Source: Leucoraja ocellata (Eukaryota). From it: a DNA stretch of 64,000 nt. A model generated the notes under the pieces. That model ran no database searches. It was not told where the DNA came from and saw nothing but the letters and a program-made list of their open reading frames with translations. A program made the position numbers and the translations under genes. Below are positions 25,191 to 39,084 of the stretch, piece by piece (positions within the stretch are counted from its first letter, which is position 1; every line of letters begins with the position of its first letter). The DNA lies in contig JAWMAR010000267.1 of NCBI GenBank assembly GCA_036785375.1, positions 372,001 to 436,000 on the forward strand, in the 5' to 3' direction.

Positions 25191-28039
25191 TTTCCATTCT
25201 TTGAGCTTCTGTGCTGGAAACCCCTTTTGCAATCTCTGTCTATAACGTGAGAAGTTAAGAAATTTGGCTGGTGATTAATCAGAGTCACAGAAAAACTGGG
25301 GAATATTTTGACAATTACAGAATTAATCCATTATACACAAAATATCAATCTGCAGTGGATCCATGGGCACAAAGTACAATTTACCTTTCAGATTGAAGAA
25401 ACTATCAGAACTGGGAAATGGAGAAAATTAGGGGGATTTGAAGTGCAGAGAGGGGAGGGGAAGCATGGATAAGACAAGGGGAGGCCAGAGTTGCAGTGGG
25501 AATCATTTGTTAATGAAGTAACTTCATTCGTAGATTACTGACGACAGTTAGCGAGAGTGAACATGAACAAAAGGTGACATGGAAGCTATGAACTAATATT
25601 TATATGCAGCGGGGGAATATAAATATAGGAATATAAAAAGTGCAAAATGCAGCATTGTTAGAAATGCCCGGTAGATCAGGCAGTGCTAAAGATGAAAAAT
25701 AATTCTGAGCCAATCCTGCAGATGACTGACTGAAGAAGAACTAGACAGTTCTCATGCAGGGAAGGCAGGTTATCTGGTTTATACAGTAATTCCATATTGA
25801 GTCCAGAAGATTGCACTGACTTAAAATAAGTGCTGTTTCGCAAGCTTACAATGGGCCTCATTATGACAATGCAATAGATCACAGGGCAGTCAGGGTGGGA
25901 AGGAAATGCAGAATCAATCAATCTATCAATCAATCAATCAACCTTTATTGTCATCTTGCAAAGCAACAGTTGTACAGTGCAAAATGAGACGGCGTTTCCC
26001 AGGGAATACCAGAGCATCACACATGAAACTTAAAAACATTTCACACATAATAACAGTAAATTTAAAAAAAATCCAGTCCAACACGAAGCATGTTCTTCAC
26101 ACTGCTTCAACTCTCCTGAACTCGTCACTTACCATGCGATGATGCCTCCATTAGTCTTTGATGCCATGCTCCACCAAAAGGTCCTTCTTTATTTTACTCT
26201 CTAACTATTCATACATCTGTTCCACACAGCAATATTTATAATGGATGGACAGAAAAATATTAGAAAAAGTTGTGCTTATTAGAAGAATTAGCAATTCATT
26301 TTAGGCATTAATTAGGTATGTAAGTGCTACATAATTAATTAATGAAGCTGTTAATTAATTAATCGGGTAGCATTTTCATAAGCTCCCATTTTATGCCTAT
26401 CTTATCGAAAGTTGAAATATAGATCTCAATTTTAACATTTTAGAAATGCGGTATTTAGGAGGGTACACTTTGCTTTTGTAATGGTAATGTTAATATATAA
26501 AGTATCCCCATAGTTATTGCAGTATTAAGAAAGGAATGATATGCATTTAGAGAAACTCCCAGAACTGACTAACACAACTTTCTAGAAACGGTTATTGTTC
26601 AGTTATTTTTATTTTATTTTTGCACATTTTCCTTTTAATGATTTTTTGTGATACATTCTTTCCCTTGACTTCCGTGCAATCATGTCATGTTGCATTCGAT
26701 TCACTAATCATTAGCACTGTTTTTTTCACTGTGCTGCTGAAAAGTCTTGGACAATAAGCACTGGTACATGAACATGGTACACTGGGAAGCTTGCATCACA
26801 TTCTATCTGTGATCAACCAGGAGAATGTTTTTTTTTAGTTCTATTTCGAGTTCCCAACATATGTGAAGGTACATGGATAGAAATGTGAGGGATATGGGTC
26901 AAATAAAGGTAAACCGAACTGCTCGGATAGACATCTCAGTCAGCATGGATCAGTTGGGCTGAAGAGGCTATTTCTGTGCTGTATAACACTATGATTCTAA
27001 CTGTGAATGTAAATGGCTGGTCAAATTTGGCAACTGGGGACCAGCACAGTTTAATCTGATCCTATCCTTAAATATTTAGAAAGTGTGATGGGAATCACCA
27101 AAAAACTAACCACAGCAACAATGACCTACTTGTGTAGCTGCAGTGATTAGCACTTGAAACACTGGCTATTTTGGGTAAACTAGATTAGGCTATTTTAAAC
27201 TTCGTGATTTATGTAGCTGATTGTTAAATATGTGCAGACTGTAGATATGACGGTAACTTGATTTTTATTGTTTGATGTTACAATAGGCATTGTGTTTATC
27301 CACATAAGATACAGCAGAGACGTGAAAATGTGAATGTTCCTGTATAAATGATCAACAGTGTAGGGCAGAGTTTTAATATGTGCATGAATAATCCCGTTTG
27401 ATGAAGCGTGTCGATCTTTTCGCCAGCGATGCTGCTTGCTTCAGTGCTTTGTGTTTATCACCTGTATTTCTTCTATAATCAGCATCTCAACAAAAATCTT
27501 TTCACTGAACCTCGGTACACGTGGCAATAATTTAAACTGAAACATTTTCATTACAATGTATTCAATCCATACCCAAACCATCTGCAATATAGAGTAATTT
27601 GAAAAAGTAATATTTGTGCTATTGCCCATCCACTGCCACTGGGGGTTGTCTTAACCTTGTTATACATGTGCCCCACAATTTATGATTTTAATGACAATAA
27701 ATCCCTTTCCTCCAGTCTGTACAGACTATATTAGCAATTATTACGCACAGGCCTCTCTTCTCTTCTCTCTTCTTTTTTCTAACCAGAGAAAAATAAATAC
27801 TTTGGAATGCCCACTATTTCGGGGGAACCTGCTGTGGGATATGATTGTTTCCAAAATTACTTGGAACTCACATCCCATTGCGTGGATTAGGCACAAAATG
27901 CTTAAGGATATGCAGTCTTGGACTTTTTCCAAATTTTAAAGTGCCGTGAAAGATATTTAACAAAACATAAAATACACTGGATAATGCAGCAAGGATTTAA
28001 AAAAAAAATATTTGAACATTTCAGAAGAACATCTGCCAT

Positions 28040-29275
28040 TGGAAAATGTTAAAATATGTTATTACGGTCATTACAACAGGGCACATGGAAAATTAAGATA
28101 ATCAGGCAAATTCAACAAGGTTTTTTGAGAGGGAAATTGTGTTTGACCAATTTAATGGAGTACTCTTAAAAAGTAAACTGCTATGGGTAAAGGGGAATCA
28201 GTGGATCAGTGCACTTAGGTTTTCAGAAGGCTTTTGATGAAGTGCTGCATCTAAAGTTATTGCAGAATATAAGAGCTCTTGTTTCGAATCTTACATATAA
28301 AACAGGCTGCTTAATCAGAAACAGAGAGTAGGCAAATATGTTATTTCACGTCGGCAACATGTGATGTGTGACATGCCTCAGAAATCTCTGCTGGCATTTC
28401 AATGTTTTACAATTTAATAACTAATTTGAATGAAGGCGTAGTTTCTAAATTTATTCATGGCATAAAAATAGGTCAATATTATTTGTGAAGAAGTCATAAG
28501 GAGCTTACAAAGGTATTTTGATCCATTAGGTGAGGGGGTAAAGATCCAACAAATAGATTTTAATGTTGGTATATGTGAAATTATTATTTTTGGCAGGAAA
28601 CTAAATGCATACTATCCATATGATTAAAGATTAGTAGGCCACCAAAAGGTAAAGGAAAACCTTGTGCATGTTTTGCAAAAGGCTAGAATACAGATGCAGT
28701 AAGTAATTAAGAAAGTTAATGTTGCTCTTTGTTGTCAGCAGAATTTAATGCAAAAGTACTTTTTTACTTATGTTATACAGGGCATTAATGAGACTACATC
28801 TCAGGCACTGTTTACTTAGATTAGGACGGATGACTGTACACTGGAAACAGTACAGGGAAGGATTATTGGACTGACTCCCAAAATGGACACGTTGTTATAT
28901 GAGGACAGATTAGGCTTAAATATGCTGCAGAAGTGACTTGATAAAGTACGCAAGTTCATGAAACCGTCTTGCAGGTTGGAGAGGATATTTCCTATTGTGG
29001 GAGAATCTAGAAGTAGGAGATGCTGGCTAAAATAAGGACTTGCCCATTTCAGATAGAAATGATGCTCAAGGTTTTTCTCTTCAAAATTTTGTCTTTGCAA
29101 CTTTCTGTCAAAGAGCTGTAGAACCAGTCTGTGAATATGTTGAGGCATAAGTAGATAGATTCTTGATATGCAAGGGGTGGAAAATTATTGGAGGAATGTG
29201 GGAATGTGGAATTGAGGTTAAAACCAGCATCAGAATGCTGGAGCAAGCTTGAGGAGCCAATTGTATGTCCATGCA
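28040..29275 (+). mobile_element. Old degenerate CR1 LINE (RT to 3' UTR)
   Basis: Remnants of QxGF..SCLTNL, FQKAFD and ALMRLHL motifs and the CR1 3' UTR. Many stops and indels. Confidence 0.75.
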
Positions 29276-29843
29276 CATCAGAAAAATGATGTATTTCTCT
29301 TTACTGTTAAAATACTGGGTGCAATTTCACATTGATTTTAAACAATTGTAATTTTAGGACTTCCACAAGTACTGTTCAAAATGTGCAGGCTCCTCATAAT
29401 GATTGGGTGCAGGAATCAACAGATGTGTTGTACAGTATAAGTATGTCAAAAACAAATGTTTATTAATTTTTTTGACTATGGATTTTTGACTAAAAAATAA
29501 GCAAGAAATTCCACCCTAAGGCATCCATTTCCAAAGAATACACTTGACTACTATGCTCCTTGAATCTTGGCTTCCAACACAGCACAATTAAAAATATGCA
29601 CAGGAGAAAAGGAATGTAACTTAAAAACACTAGGTGTCTCTCACATGCGAGCCTTTTACAGAAGGACATGTACATTTTTGCAATTATATTATCAGAATAC
29701 ATTGGGTTAAGAATGGAATTTCACAGGGAAGTCAACCAGTCTGAATAAAATCTATCCTAGATATCTGCAGGGATTTAGAGAGCCACAAGTCCATCCCTTA
29801 ATGAAGGAAATGATTGGAAATCATTTATTGGAGCAAAATAAAC

Positions 29844-30439
29844 CGGAATGGTACCATTTGGCGCCGCCGTTTTGGCACCGTTGTTTCGGCGCCTCCGTTT
29901 TGGCGCCTCCGTTTTGGAGGCGCCGAACTTTTGCTAATTCATCTAATTCATCTAATTCAAGCTGTTATATACTTATTACGTAGTTCTTCTTAATTAGTTC
30001 TTTTTAATTGAGGGAAATTCAGAAAGGCCGTGATGCATATTATGAACACTTGGTTGCCAGGCATGCATCTAAACAAATACTCCTTAAATACAGGAGAGCT
30101 GATGAGCGCATTTTAAATATTGTACAACAGTTTGGTACAAGGGACTGACTAGAAAACTTGCATGGTTTACATTATGAAATACATTAAGTTATTGAATTTA
30201 TTTCATTTGAATTTTTTTTAACCCATTTTTAATTCACCTATTCTTTATTTAATAAAGCCTCCCAAAAACTATTGAAAACTATAGGAAATAACATGAACTA
30301 GGTGATAAGTATATAACAGCTTTCCAAAATTTAGATGAATTAAGATGAACTAGGTGATAAGCATTAACTATGGGCAACGCCAAAACGGAGGCGCCGAAAC
30401 AGCGGCGCCGGAACGGCAGCGCCGAAAAGTACCCGGCCC
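29844..30439. mobile_element. Non-autonomous foldback / MITE DNA transposon (Mutator-like by TSD length)
   Basis: Long imperfect terminal inverted repeats built from (tttt/tttc)GGCGCC(tccg) subrepeats plus an inner AT-rich inverted block. CAAAATAAAC at 29834-29843 and 30439-30448. No coding capacity. Confidence 0.8.
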
Positions 30440-30564
30440 AAAATAAACTGCCAAGTTAAAAATGCTTGAATTAAAGCCACATCATATCTGACTAAGTTGA
30501 TTGAATTCTGTAAGGTATTGGGTTAAGGCTGATCAAGGTGCTGGGATAGATAATACAATGACCC

Positions 30565-30950
30565 ATACATAGAAACATAGAAACATAGAAAATAGGTGCA
30601 GGAGGAGGCCATTCGGCCCTTCCAGCCAGCGCCGCCATTCATTGTGATCATGGCTGATCGTCCCCTATCAATAACCCGTGCCTGCCTTCTCCCCATATCC
30701 CTTGACTCCACTAGCCCCTAGAGCTCTATCTAACTCTCTCTTAAATTCATCCAGTGATTTGGCCTCCATTGCCATCTGTGGCAGGGAATTCCACAAACTC
30801 ACAACTCTCTGGGTGAAAATGTTTTTTTCTCACCTCAGTCTTAAATGACCTCCCCTTTAGTCTAAGACTGTGGCCTCTGGTTCTGGACTCGTCCAACATT
30901 GGGAACATTTTTCCTGCATCTAGCTTGTCCAGTCCTTTTATAATTTTATA
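30565..30950 (-). mobile_element. Young CR1 LINE 3' fragment
   Basis: YKIIKGLDKLDAGKMFPMLDESRTRGHSLRLKGRSFKTEVRK, followed by the 3' UTR and (TTTCTATG)n tail. Confidence 0.9.
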
Positions 30951-33269
30951 CATACAGGATTTTGACTAAGCTTTACGGAGACTAACAATGAAGACTGAAG
31001 CATATGTGATTAAGAGAAACATGGTGTTATTGAGATATAATTTGAATCAGAGACAGATAGCAGGGGATAGCATTGGAAGACAAATACTTTTACACTGGAA
31101 GGTGGCTTGGGGTAATGTAAGGTCCATTGCTCTTCTTCATCTTTGAATAAACCTAGACTTGGGAGTAGAAGGCAATGTTTGAAGATGATTCGCAACTTAT
31201 GATGACTGTTGTTCACTTCTGGACGATGTAAAAGTTATGAACATGGCAGAAGCTTGGTAGAAGAAGCTTAATGCGGCAAGGTGGTAAAGACATATTTGGG
31301 AGGAATAACATGGGAAATAATAAGCAATAAATGGCATGGTTTAAAAAGATAAGTGTGAAGACAAACAATATGCACAAATTCGTAAAGGTGATAGGTGAGG
31401 TTAATGTAATTTCAAAAATATACAGACTGCTTGTCTTAATGTAGAGGTATAGTACATAAAAACTAAGAGATCATAGATTTATAAACCATTGGTGAGATCT
31501 CAGCTGGAGCATTGTGGCAATTTTGAGCAGCACACTTCAGAAAATATATAATGGACCAGAGGAGAGGTTTATTAAACACTACCAAGACGAGGAACTTCAG
31601 TTATGAGAAAAAGTTGCAAAACCCACAACATTTGCTTTGTATCAGAGAATGTTAAGATTAGATTTTATTGAGGCTTTCAATATGATGCAAAGCATTTTTA
31701 AGGTAAACTATTTTTTTCTGCTGGGTGAATCAATTGCCAGAGCATAGATTAAAAACCTTTGGCAGAAAAAAGAGACAAGGAAACCTCTTGCATGAAGTCT
31801 TTGAGATCTTCAATGCTCAGCATGATGAGATCGTGGAATTTGATTCAGTTAATGATTTTAAGATGATTGAACAAGTTACTGAGGATGAGGAACTGCAGAC
31901 CCACATTAAAAGCAGAAAATGTGAATTGAAGCATGACTGTTATTTCAAAGAGCTGGCACAGCAAGAGGCTCAAATATCTTCCTTCTTTGTAGTAAGAGCC
32001 CATGGTTCTCTGAGGTAGGATTATCCCAGCAACCATAAATGGAGTGGATGCTCTCTATTGAACTTTAGACTCGATAGTTTCAATTAGATCTTTGTGTGTA
32101 GAGTAGTGAGTGATAATCAGAACATTTGTTCACCCACACATAGGAAAACACAGACATGGGCACATGAATCTGTGGTTTTAATTCTATTGCTGTGCTACGC
32201 AATCTGAAATGTATTTATTCACTTGGGACTGAAGTTATTAATTTGGAGTGATTGCCTTGTCAATTATCTGATGTCAATAGAACATTATACCAGTACATCA
32301 AGGGTAATTTCCACATTTTCTGTGCATAACCTTTCTAAACAGACTGTATACACTTGAGGATCAACCTTATCCTTCAGCTAGTCTCTTTGGCCGTACATCC
32401 TATTGGACTCCATAAATCCCATCCACAATTCCTCTGTACACAATAGGTATGTATCAATCACATTAATATACACTGTACCCATAATACCTTGATGTAAAAA
32501 GCACGAACCAGTAACACGCAACAGTTATTATTTTACAGAACTGTAGTTGAGGTTTGTCAGAGAGCATGTAACGACAGGGTTCAACTCGTGCCTGTCTGTT
32601 TACCTCTGTGTTCTCCTCTGTCTCTGTCTGCCTCAGAAACACATGCACACAAATGATTACAACAAAATACATATGTTGTACTTTTCTCTTTTTTTTTAAT
32701 CAAATATGGTTATTACCTACAATTGCTCCTTGAGTAAATAAAGCAGATATTTATTCAACTGAAAACGTAGCAATTGAGAACAAAAAAATGTTATTCCAAA
32801 CTTACTGTAAGACACGAGGAAAGTATCACGGTATCTATGAAATATCTAGGTCCTCCATAATTTATGTACACCTATGATCAAGTTATGTGCATTCCTGATT
32901 ATTTTCACTAGCTGCTAATATAAATTATTAAATTCCCAAGCATGTATGTTCATTGTTGGCCATTGTGTCAACCTGTCAATCTATATTGTTTCTGAGTTGT
33001 GTTGAAGTCATGAAAGTGTAGAGAATTAGATTTAGGATAGAGTTTCAATTGAAAGTTAAGATTGTATACAAATATTATGTCTTGGACAACAGTGCTATTA
33101 TTTAGAAGGTTTATAAATCAGTAAAAAGTTGTGCTATTGCATGAGTTAAGAGCATTGCTTGTGGTTGCTATTTCAATTCTGTGGTTTCTGTTGATTTCTT
33201 GTATTGACGTATGTCCGATTAGGGCTAAGTGGATCTCAGTTTCAGTGTTGATAAGTACATTAGTACCTA

Positions 33270-34090
33270 AGACATTTAGCTCTTAGAATCTGCTTTGCTG
33301 TTCATCAAGATCACTGTTGATCTTCTGCTTCTGTCTGATCTTTCCACACAATCCTTCTAACCTTTGACTCCGAAAGAAATAATACACAATCAATCTCTAT
33401 ATTTGAATGAACTCAGTGACTCGGTCATCATAGTCTTCCAGGATAGAGAATTCCAACGATTTACTATCCTTAGTGAAGAAACTTCCCAACTTCTCAGACA
33501 TACATTTTCCTTCAGTTCAGTCCTAAATGGCATATCCTTTAGTCTGAGACTGTGACCCCTGGCTTTAGGCTCCTCAATCAAGACAAACATCCTCGCCACA
33601 TTCACACTGTGTCAGATGCAAGAACTTTATATGTTCCAAAGACTTCACCAGGTTTAGATTACTCATTTTCTTCTCACATAGCAAACAGGCCATCACAGGA
33701 ACCATTGCAATGAACCTTCACTGCACTCCCTCATTGGAAATGTTTTCTTTTTTAGATAGGGAGACCAAAATTGTACCCAATATTCTGTGTAGTCTCATCA
33801 TAGCCCTGGGGAATTGCAATACATCTTTTTACTCTGTTACTCAAATACCCCCTCAGTAAAAGCCAGCATGCCATTTACCGTCCTAATTGCTGACTGTAAT
33901 TACATGTTGCATTGAAGTGGTTTGCATGGAAGGACACATAGTACCCTTTAAATACCAGTATTACTCAATTTTCCATGATTCAAACACTATTCTTCCCTTC
34001 TTTGCACCAAAGTAAATAATTCCATATTTTCCTACACTATATTCCACATACCATGACCTTGCCCATTCACTCCATCTGTCTATTCCTCTT
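33270..34090 (-). mobile_element. CR1 LINE fragment
   Basis: ARGHSLRLKDMPFRTELK...SLRIVNRWNSL on the minus strand. Confidence 0.82.
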
Positions 34091-34523
34091 TATTGAACAG
34101 AGTGAGGTGATGCATGTTAAATTAATGTTAACAAAAGATCAATCAGCTCTTTTTAAGTTAAACACTTTTACTCAAAATCTGATGATAGTGAGGCTGCATT
34201 GTTCTTCAATGCAATTTGACACATGAATGTAGGATTCTGCTTTATATAAGCATGGGATAGACAAAGGTTGAGATTTAGGTAGTAAAGATAAACGCAAAAG
34301 GGAATCAAAACAAGGAAGCTTGAAACAGATTATTCAAAATAAATGTATCAGCCCTACTGTGCTTCCTAGAGAAAACATTGGAGATCCAAAGCTTTTCTGG
34401 TTTCTATTATTCTCCTTAAAGAAAGTTCTGATCTAAGAGGGGGGAAATGTTACTGCATACACATCTGATGCCTGCATCATTTTCTCATAGTGATCTAACA
34501 TGAGAACAAGTTCCCTGCTCTTA

Positions 34524-34722
34524 TGATGTACCCAAAATACTGGAGTAACTCAGCAGGAAAGCGCACATCTCTGGAGAAAAGGAATAGGTGATGTTTTGGG
34601 TCGAGACCCTTCATTTCACCTATTTCTTGTCTCCAGAGCTGCTGCCTTTCCCGCTGAGTTACTCCAGCATTTTGTGTCTCTCTTCTGTGTAAAGCAGCAT
34701 CTGCAGTTCCTTCTCACACATT
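34524..34722. mobile_element. Inverted pair of Penelope-derived repeats inside one TSD
   Basis: Minus copy then plus copy. TTCCCTGCTCTTA at 34511-34523 versus TTCTCTGCTCTTA at 34723-34735 (one mismatch). Confidence 0.82.
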
Positions 34723-35769
34723 TTCTCTGCTCTTAAGTTGTTTTGAGTTCCTAGCATTTGGACGAATACCTGAATAGAAAATATTTCGAGAAATATGGGC
34801 CACATTTAGACAAACGATGCTAGCTCAGATAGACATTTTGATCAGTAATGGATGAGTCAGGCCAGAGGACTATGAAAAATAAGAAACTTTGCATAAAAAG
34901 ATTGAATGGCCAGGATTTGAGTGTTATGTGAAATAATTGGATAATTGGATAAAGTCGAACACCTGTAAATGCAAGCATGTGGCTAATTAGCCATCATTTA
35001 AATGGCATCAGACTCACACATATTGATCCCACAGTGCTTTCCATTTTGAAATACCATGGGATGAGGGTATTTGAGACTCCAACATGTTTTGTGTCCCCCT
35101 CTGCAATAACACTGGATGTTGAGTCAGTAAGCTCCCCAGCTCCTTCCTATGTGCATTTCTGCATTTTTTGCATCAGTGAGCAGTTATCTAGTCTCAGGGC
35201 TTACTATAGTGCAACAAAAGTGATCTATGTTCAATACTTTATAATTCAATTCTTGATCATACGTGGGCCACCATATCTTTTTGCTGTCCTAGGAATTCTA
35301 CAATCTTTCTCAAATGCTTCCTCTTGCCCTCAGTTGTGTGCATTGTAAACGTCATTCTCTCGTTCCATGTAGGCATCTGATTGGGGTCTAAATGAACACA
35401 CAACTACAAGGCATGTTTATTTATGTGTAAAGATTCAAATCGATATTTTATTGCTGGTTATGGGCAGCATAAAAAACACTGAATTTAAAAGGAGCAATTT
35501 GTCTTGCAACATGATAACATTTGCTTTGTCAGTAAAAGAATATGAATATAATTAAATCTCCATTTTCCACAATGGAAGTTTTTCTTGAAATAGATCCTAA
35601 TAATATTGAATGCCACTTGTAATTTACCTCTGTAATTTGCCTCAGTAAATAAGGGAAAGCTACTGATTTAGAAACATGTTGAATATGTCCATGGAAACAA
35701 TGCATTAGGTACTATTTCAAGGCATGGGTTTTGTTGCTCGCTCGCCAACATTGTGTGTTTGTCCTGCAG

Positions 35770-35908
35770 TGCAATGGCCAGCTACTCTTCCAACTGTGCT
35801 ACCACTAGCCCGACTCAAGGAATGAACATGGCCAACAGTATTGCAAACCTTCGCCTCAAGGCCAAAGAGTACAGCTTACAAAGAAATCAGGTGCCCACCG
35901 TGAACTGA
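35770..35908 (+). CDS. PRRX1: PRRX1 terminal coding exon (OAR domain), absent from the ORF track
   Basis: Acceptor ctgcAG at 35768-35769. Hand translation gives (G)AMASYSSNCATTSPTQGMNMANSIANLRLKAKEYSLQRNQVPTVN then TGA at 35906-35908. SIANLRLKAKEY is the OAR motif. Exon lengths 250+176+176+139 = 741 nt. Confidence 0.97.
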
Positions 35909-36660
35909 GTGCCCCTTATGGACTATCGCAACCACGGGTCCGTACATTCTCTGCAAACAGACATCATCAGAATCAGGTCGCAAAGAAGGGACAAGAATGA
36001 ATACTACATACATCAAGGTTATCCCAATGCAACAACCTAATTAAACACACTGACGCGCACAAATACTTGACCTGTATAGAGCCAGAATTGCTGACGCGTT
36101 ACATCCCTGTGGATCTTTAAGTAAAGGCAAAAGTAAGTATATATTCCAGTTTTGTCAAATAATTGTTTTCCAACCCAGATTTAATATACTGGGACACAAT
36201 TTTTCAAACTTTGGCTAGACCAATTACAAGATTTTTTTGATGTATGTTTTTAAGGGACTTTTCATGAGTCCCCAACTGAGTGTTGTATTAAAGTTATATT
36301 GTATTGTTTCTATACAGATTTTACATTTTGTATCCATGACAAGGTTATTGTTAGCAATGCATTTTTTTTTCTATAGAGAAGCTTGGTAAGGCTATTTTTT
36401 GTTGACCAATCATTTTCTTTCAAGATAAGGCAAATCTGATTTCCTATTCTCTCCATGTCTGTAACAACATTTACCAATTCTGAAAGGAAAAATGGTTCTT
36501 TTGTGCACAATAAACAAGCACTCAAAGACGTGGGTTTATATCTGACTAGAAACTTCAATAAATTATTATGAAAATATTGCTGGTGCAAAATGGGTCTTTT
36601 TCAAAATAATTTTACTGAATATTTTGTTGCAACAATACTCTATGCATTAAAGTCTGTTAG
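35909..36660 (+). other. PRRX1: PRRX1 3' UTR with candidate polyadenylation signals
   Basis: AT-rich, repeat-free sequence after the stop. AATAAA at 36509-36514 and 36557-36562, ATTAAA near 36287 and 36647. The true 3' end cannot be determined from sequence. Confidence 0.55.
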
Positions 36661-36779
36661 GTAAGGATCAATGGGCATTCATGTTTATAATGCTCAGTTA
36701 GATGGAAAGCATGTACGTTCTGGACTAAAATTGTATGCTGTGTTAAATACTTGGTAGTGTGTCTCTTAATTCGAGTGGC

Positions 36780-37325
36780 GAATATTATCATGTGACAGGA
36801 GTAAAATTTGGCCACTCGGCCCATCAAGTCTCCTCCGCCATTCAATCATGGCTGATCTATCCCTCCCTCCTAACCCCCATTCTCCTGCCTTCTCCCCATG
36901 ACCTCTGGCACCCGTACTAATCAAGAATCTATCTATCTCTGCCTTAAACTATCCACTGACTTTGCCTCCACAACCTTCTATGGCAAAGCATTCCACAGGT
37001 CCACCACCTTCTGACTAAAGAAATTCCTCCTCATAATAATGTCCTTTAACTCTGGGGCTACAACCTCCAGTCCTAGACTTTCCCAAAGTAGAAAAATCCT
37101 CTTCATATCCATTCTATCCAAGCCTTTCACTATTCTGAATGTTTCAATGAGGTCTCCTCTCATTCTTCTAAACTCCAGCAAATATCGGCCCAGTGCCGTC
37201 AAACGTTCATCATACGTTAACCTACTCATTCCTGGATCATTCTTGTAAATCTCTTCTGGACCCTTTTCAGAGCAAGCACATCCTTCCTCAGATATGGTGC
37301 CCAAAATTGCTCACGGTATTCCAAA
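36780..37325 (-). mobile_element. CR1 LINE 3' fragment
   Basis: LTYDERLTALGRYLLEFRRMRGDLIETFRIVKGLDR...RRNFFSQKVVDLWNALP. Confidence 0.9.
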
Positions 37326-37629
37326 TTATAGAATTAGTGATCGCAAATGAGCGAGAGCACTTCCATCCCATATCTTCTTCTGCCCCAGAATAGTTTCTCC
37401 TCACTCCCCCCCCCCCCCCCCCCCCCCCCCCCACTTCAGACCAGTTGAAAATACTGTTGCCTGGCAAGATATTTTAATGAAATCATAGGCAAAGCAAGGC
37501 ACTGTGGCGTTAAACCAGGCATTTACCTCAACCATTCAGATTTCTCCACAAGATGCAATGATACTGCTGGGTATGAGTCTCCACATGTAGAAGATGCCTG
37601 TAACCCCGCAGCATCCTGCTGGTCTCCCA

Positions 37630-37868
37630 GGGAAAGATTTAATAGGAATCTGAGGGGCACCTTATTCACACAAAGAGTGGTGGGTATATGGAACAAGCTG
37701 CAGAGGAAGCAGTTGAGGCAGGTACAACAACAACATTTAAAAGACAGGTAAATGGATGGGAAAGGTTTAGAGGATTATAGGCCAAACGTGGGCAAATGGT
37801 TTTAGATTGGATGGGACATCTTGGTCGGCATATACGAGTTGGCCTATTTCCAGGCTGTATGACTATGC
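37630..37868 (+). mobile_element. CR1 LINE 3' end
   Basis: ttcacacaaagagtggtgggtatatggaacaagctg followed by the CR1 3' UTR. Confidence 0.8.
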
Positions 37869-39084
37869 CTAAAACGTTCATTTCTATGTATGAGGGGTAC
37901 AAAAATTGGGCAAACTTGGGGAGGACCTGTAATGCAAGGATACACACCCAGATACAGAAAAACGCAACATTTGAGTGGTTTGTACAAAATTGAGAATACT
38001 TGATTTTTATGAACTCCATGGGAGATAGAAAAGACAAAAATGCATATTTTCTCGGTGTCACAGAATTGAAGTTGACCTTTAAGCCCATCAAGTCAATAAC
38101 CGCACTATGTAAAAGCCACCCAGATAACAGCTATTCGTGTATTTGGTGTCTGATAACTGGTTATTATTATTAGTTCATTATTTTTATTGCTCTCAGTCTT
38201 CATTTTATTTATCTCAATTTATTTCTGGCTGCGTTTCTTAATTATGTGTTTTTGATTGTTTTTGTGTCTCTGTCTTCAATTACATGTGTATTCATCACTG
38301 CCTGCATACATGTTTGCCATTCGGTTATTACTTGTACAGTATTTACTTAATCCCCATTCATCCATTTTCAAACACATCGAGCAATTTCATATTATAGCAT
38401 TGGAAATCTATTTGTTCGTCAATTTCCTCCAACATTCACTAAATAATAGAAGTAACAGAAGTATTCAGTTTAAAAAATTGACAACGATCCTATAATTTAA
38501 TGAAAAAGAGTTCTACAAATTTTTGTGACAGTGCGGATTACCCTTTTTGCTGCTGAACTTTATAAACACGGTAGTCCATTTTCAGTAAAGCTTTCTACAA
38601 AGTATCAGCAGTGGAAATAATAATGTGAATTTGGAAGAGTTCTGGAAAATGGATCACGTTGAAGGGCCTGGCTCCACACTGGACTTCATGCTTACTTTTG
38701 AGACCCACGCACTACAACATATTCAGCTTTGGTCCCATCAACTATTTCCAACATCTATCTGCTTATTTTCAGCCTATTTTTTCCATCTATCTTTCCGATT
38801 ATCAATCGTCATATTTCGTTCCTAACCTGTTCTTCCCCTGCCCATTGCCCTTTCCTTCATGCAAGATTAAGTTAGTACAGCAGGTTTTCGGTGAATCTGA
38901 ACATGAAATACTCCAATTCCATTTCAGTAACTTGAACACATAATCTCAGCTGATACTTCAGTGCGACATGGAAAATGTGCTGTGCTCTCTGTTGATGAGA
39001 CAGCAAACTGCCTCTTCACTTGGATAGATCCCACAATTCAGTAAAATGGAAGCAGAAAATGCGGGAAATCGTTAGCAAGTTGGA

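Larger units (their letters stand above)
29690..32020 (+). mobile_element. Old degenerate CR1 LINE, interrupted by the MITE and by a younger CR1
   Basis: ctgactaagttgattgaattc (LTxLIEF-like), ttggtgagatctcagctggagcattgt and agagcatagattaaaa motifs continue across both insertions. Confidence 0.6.
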
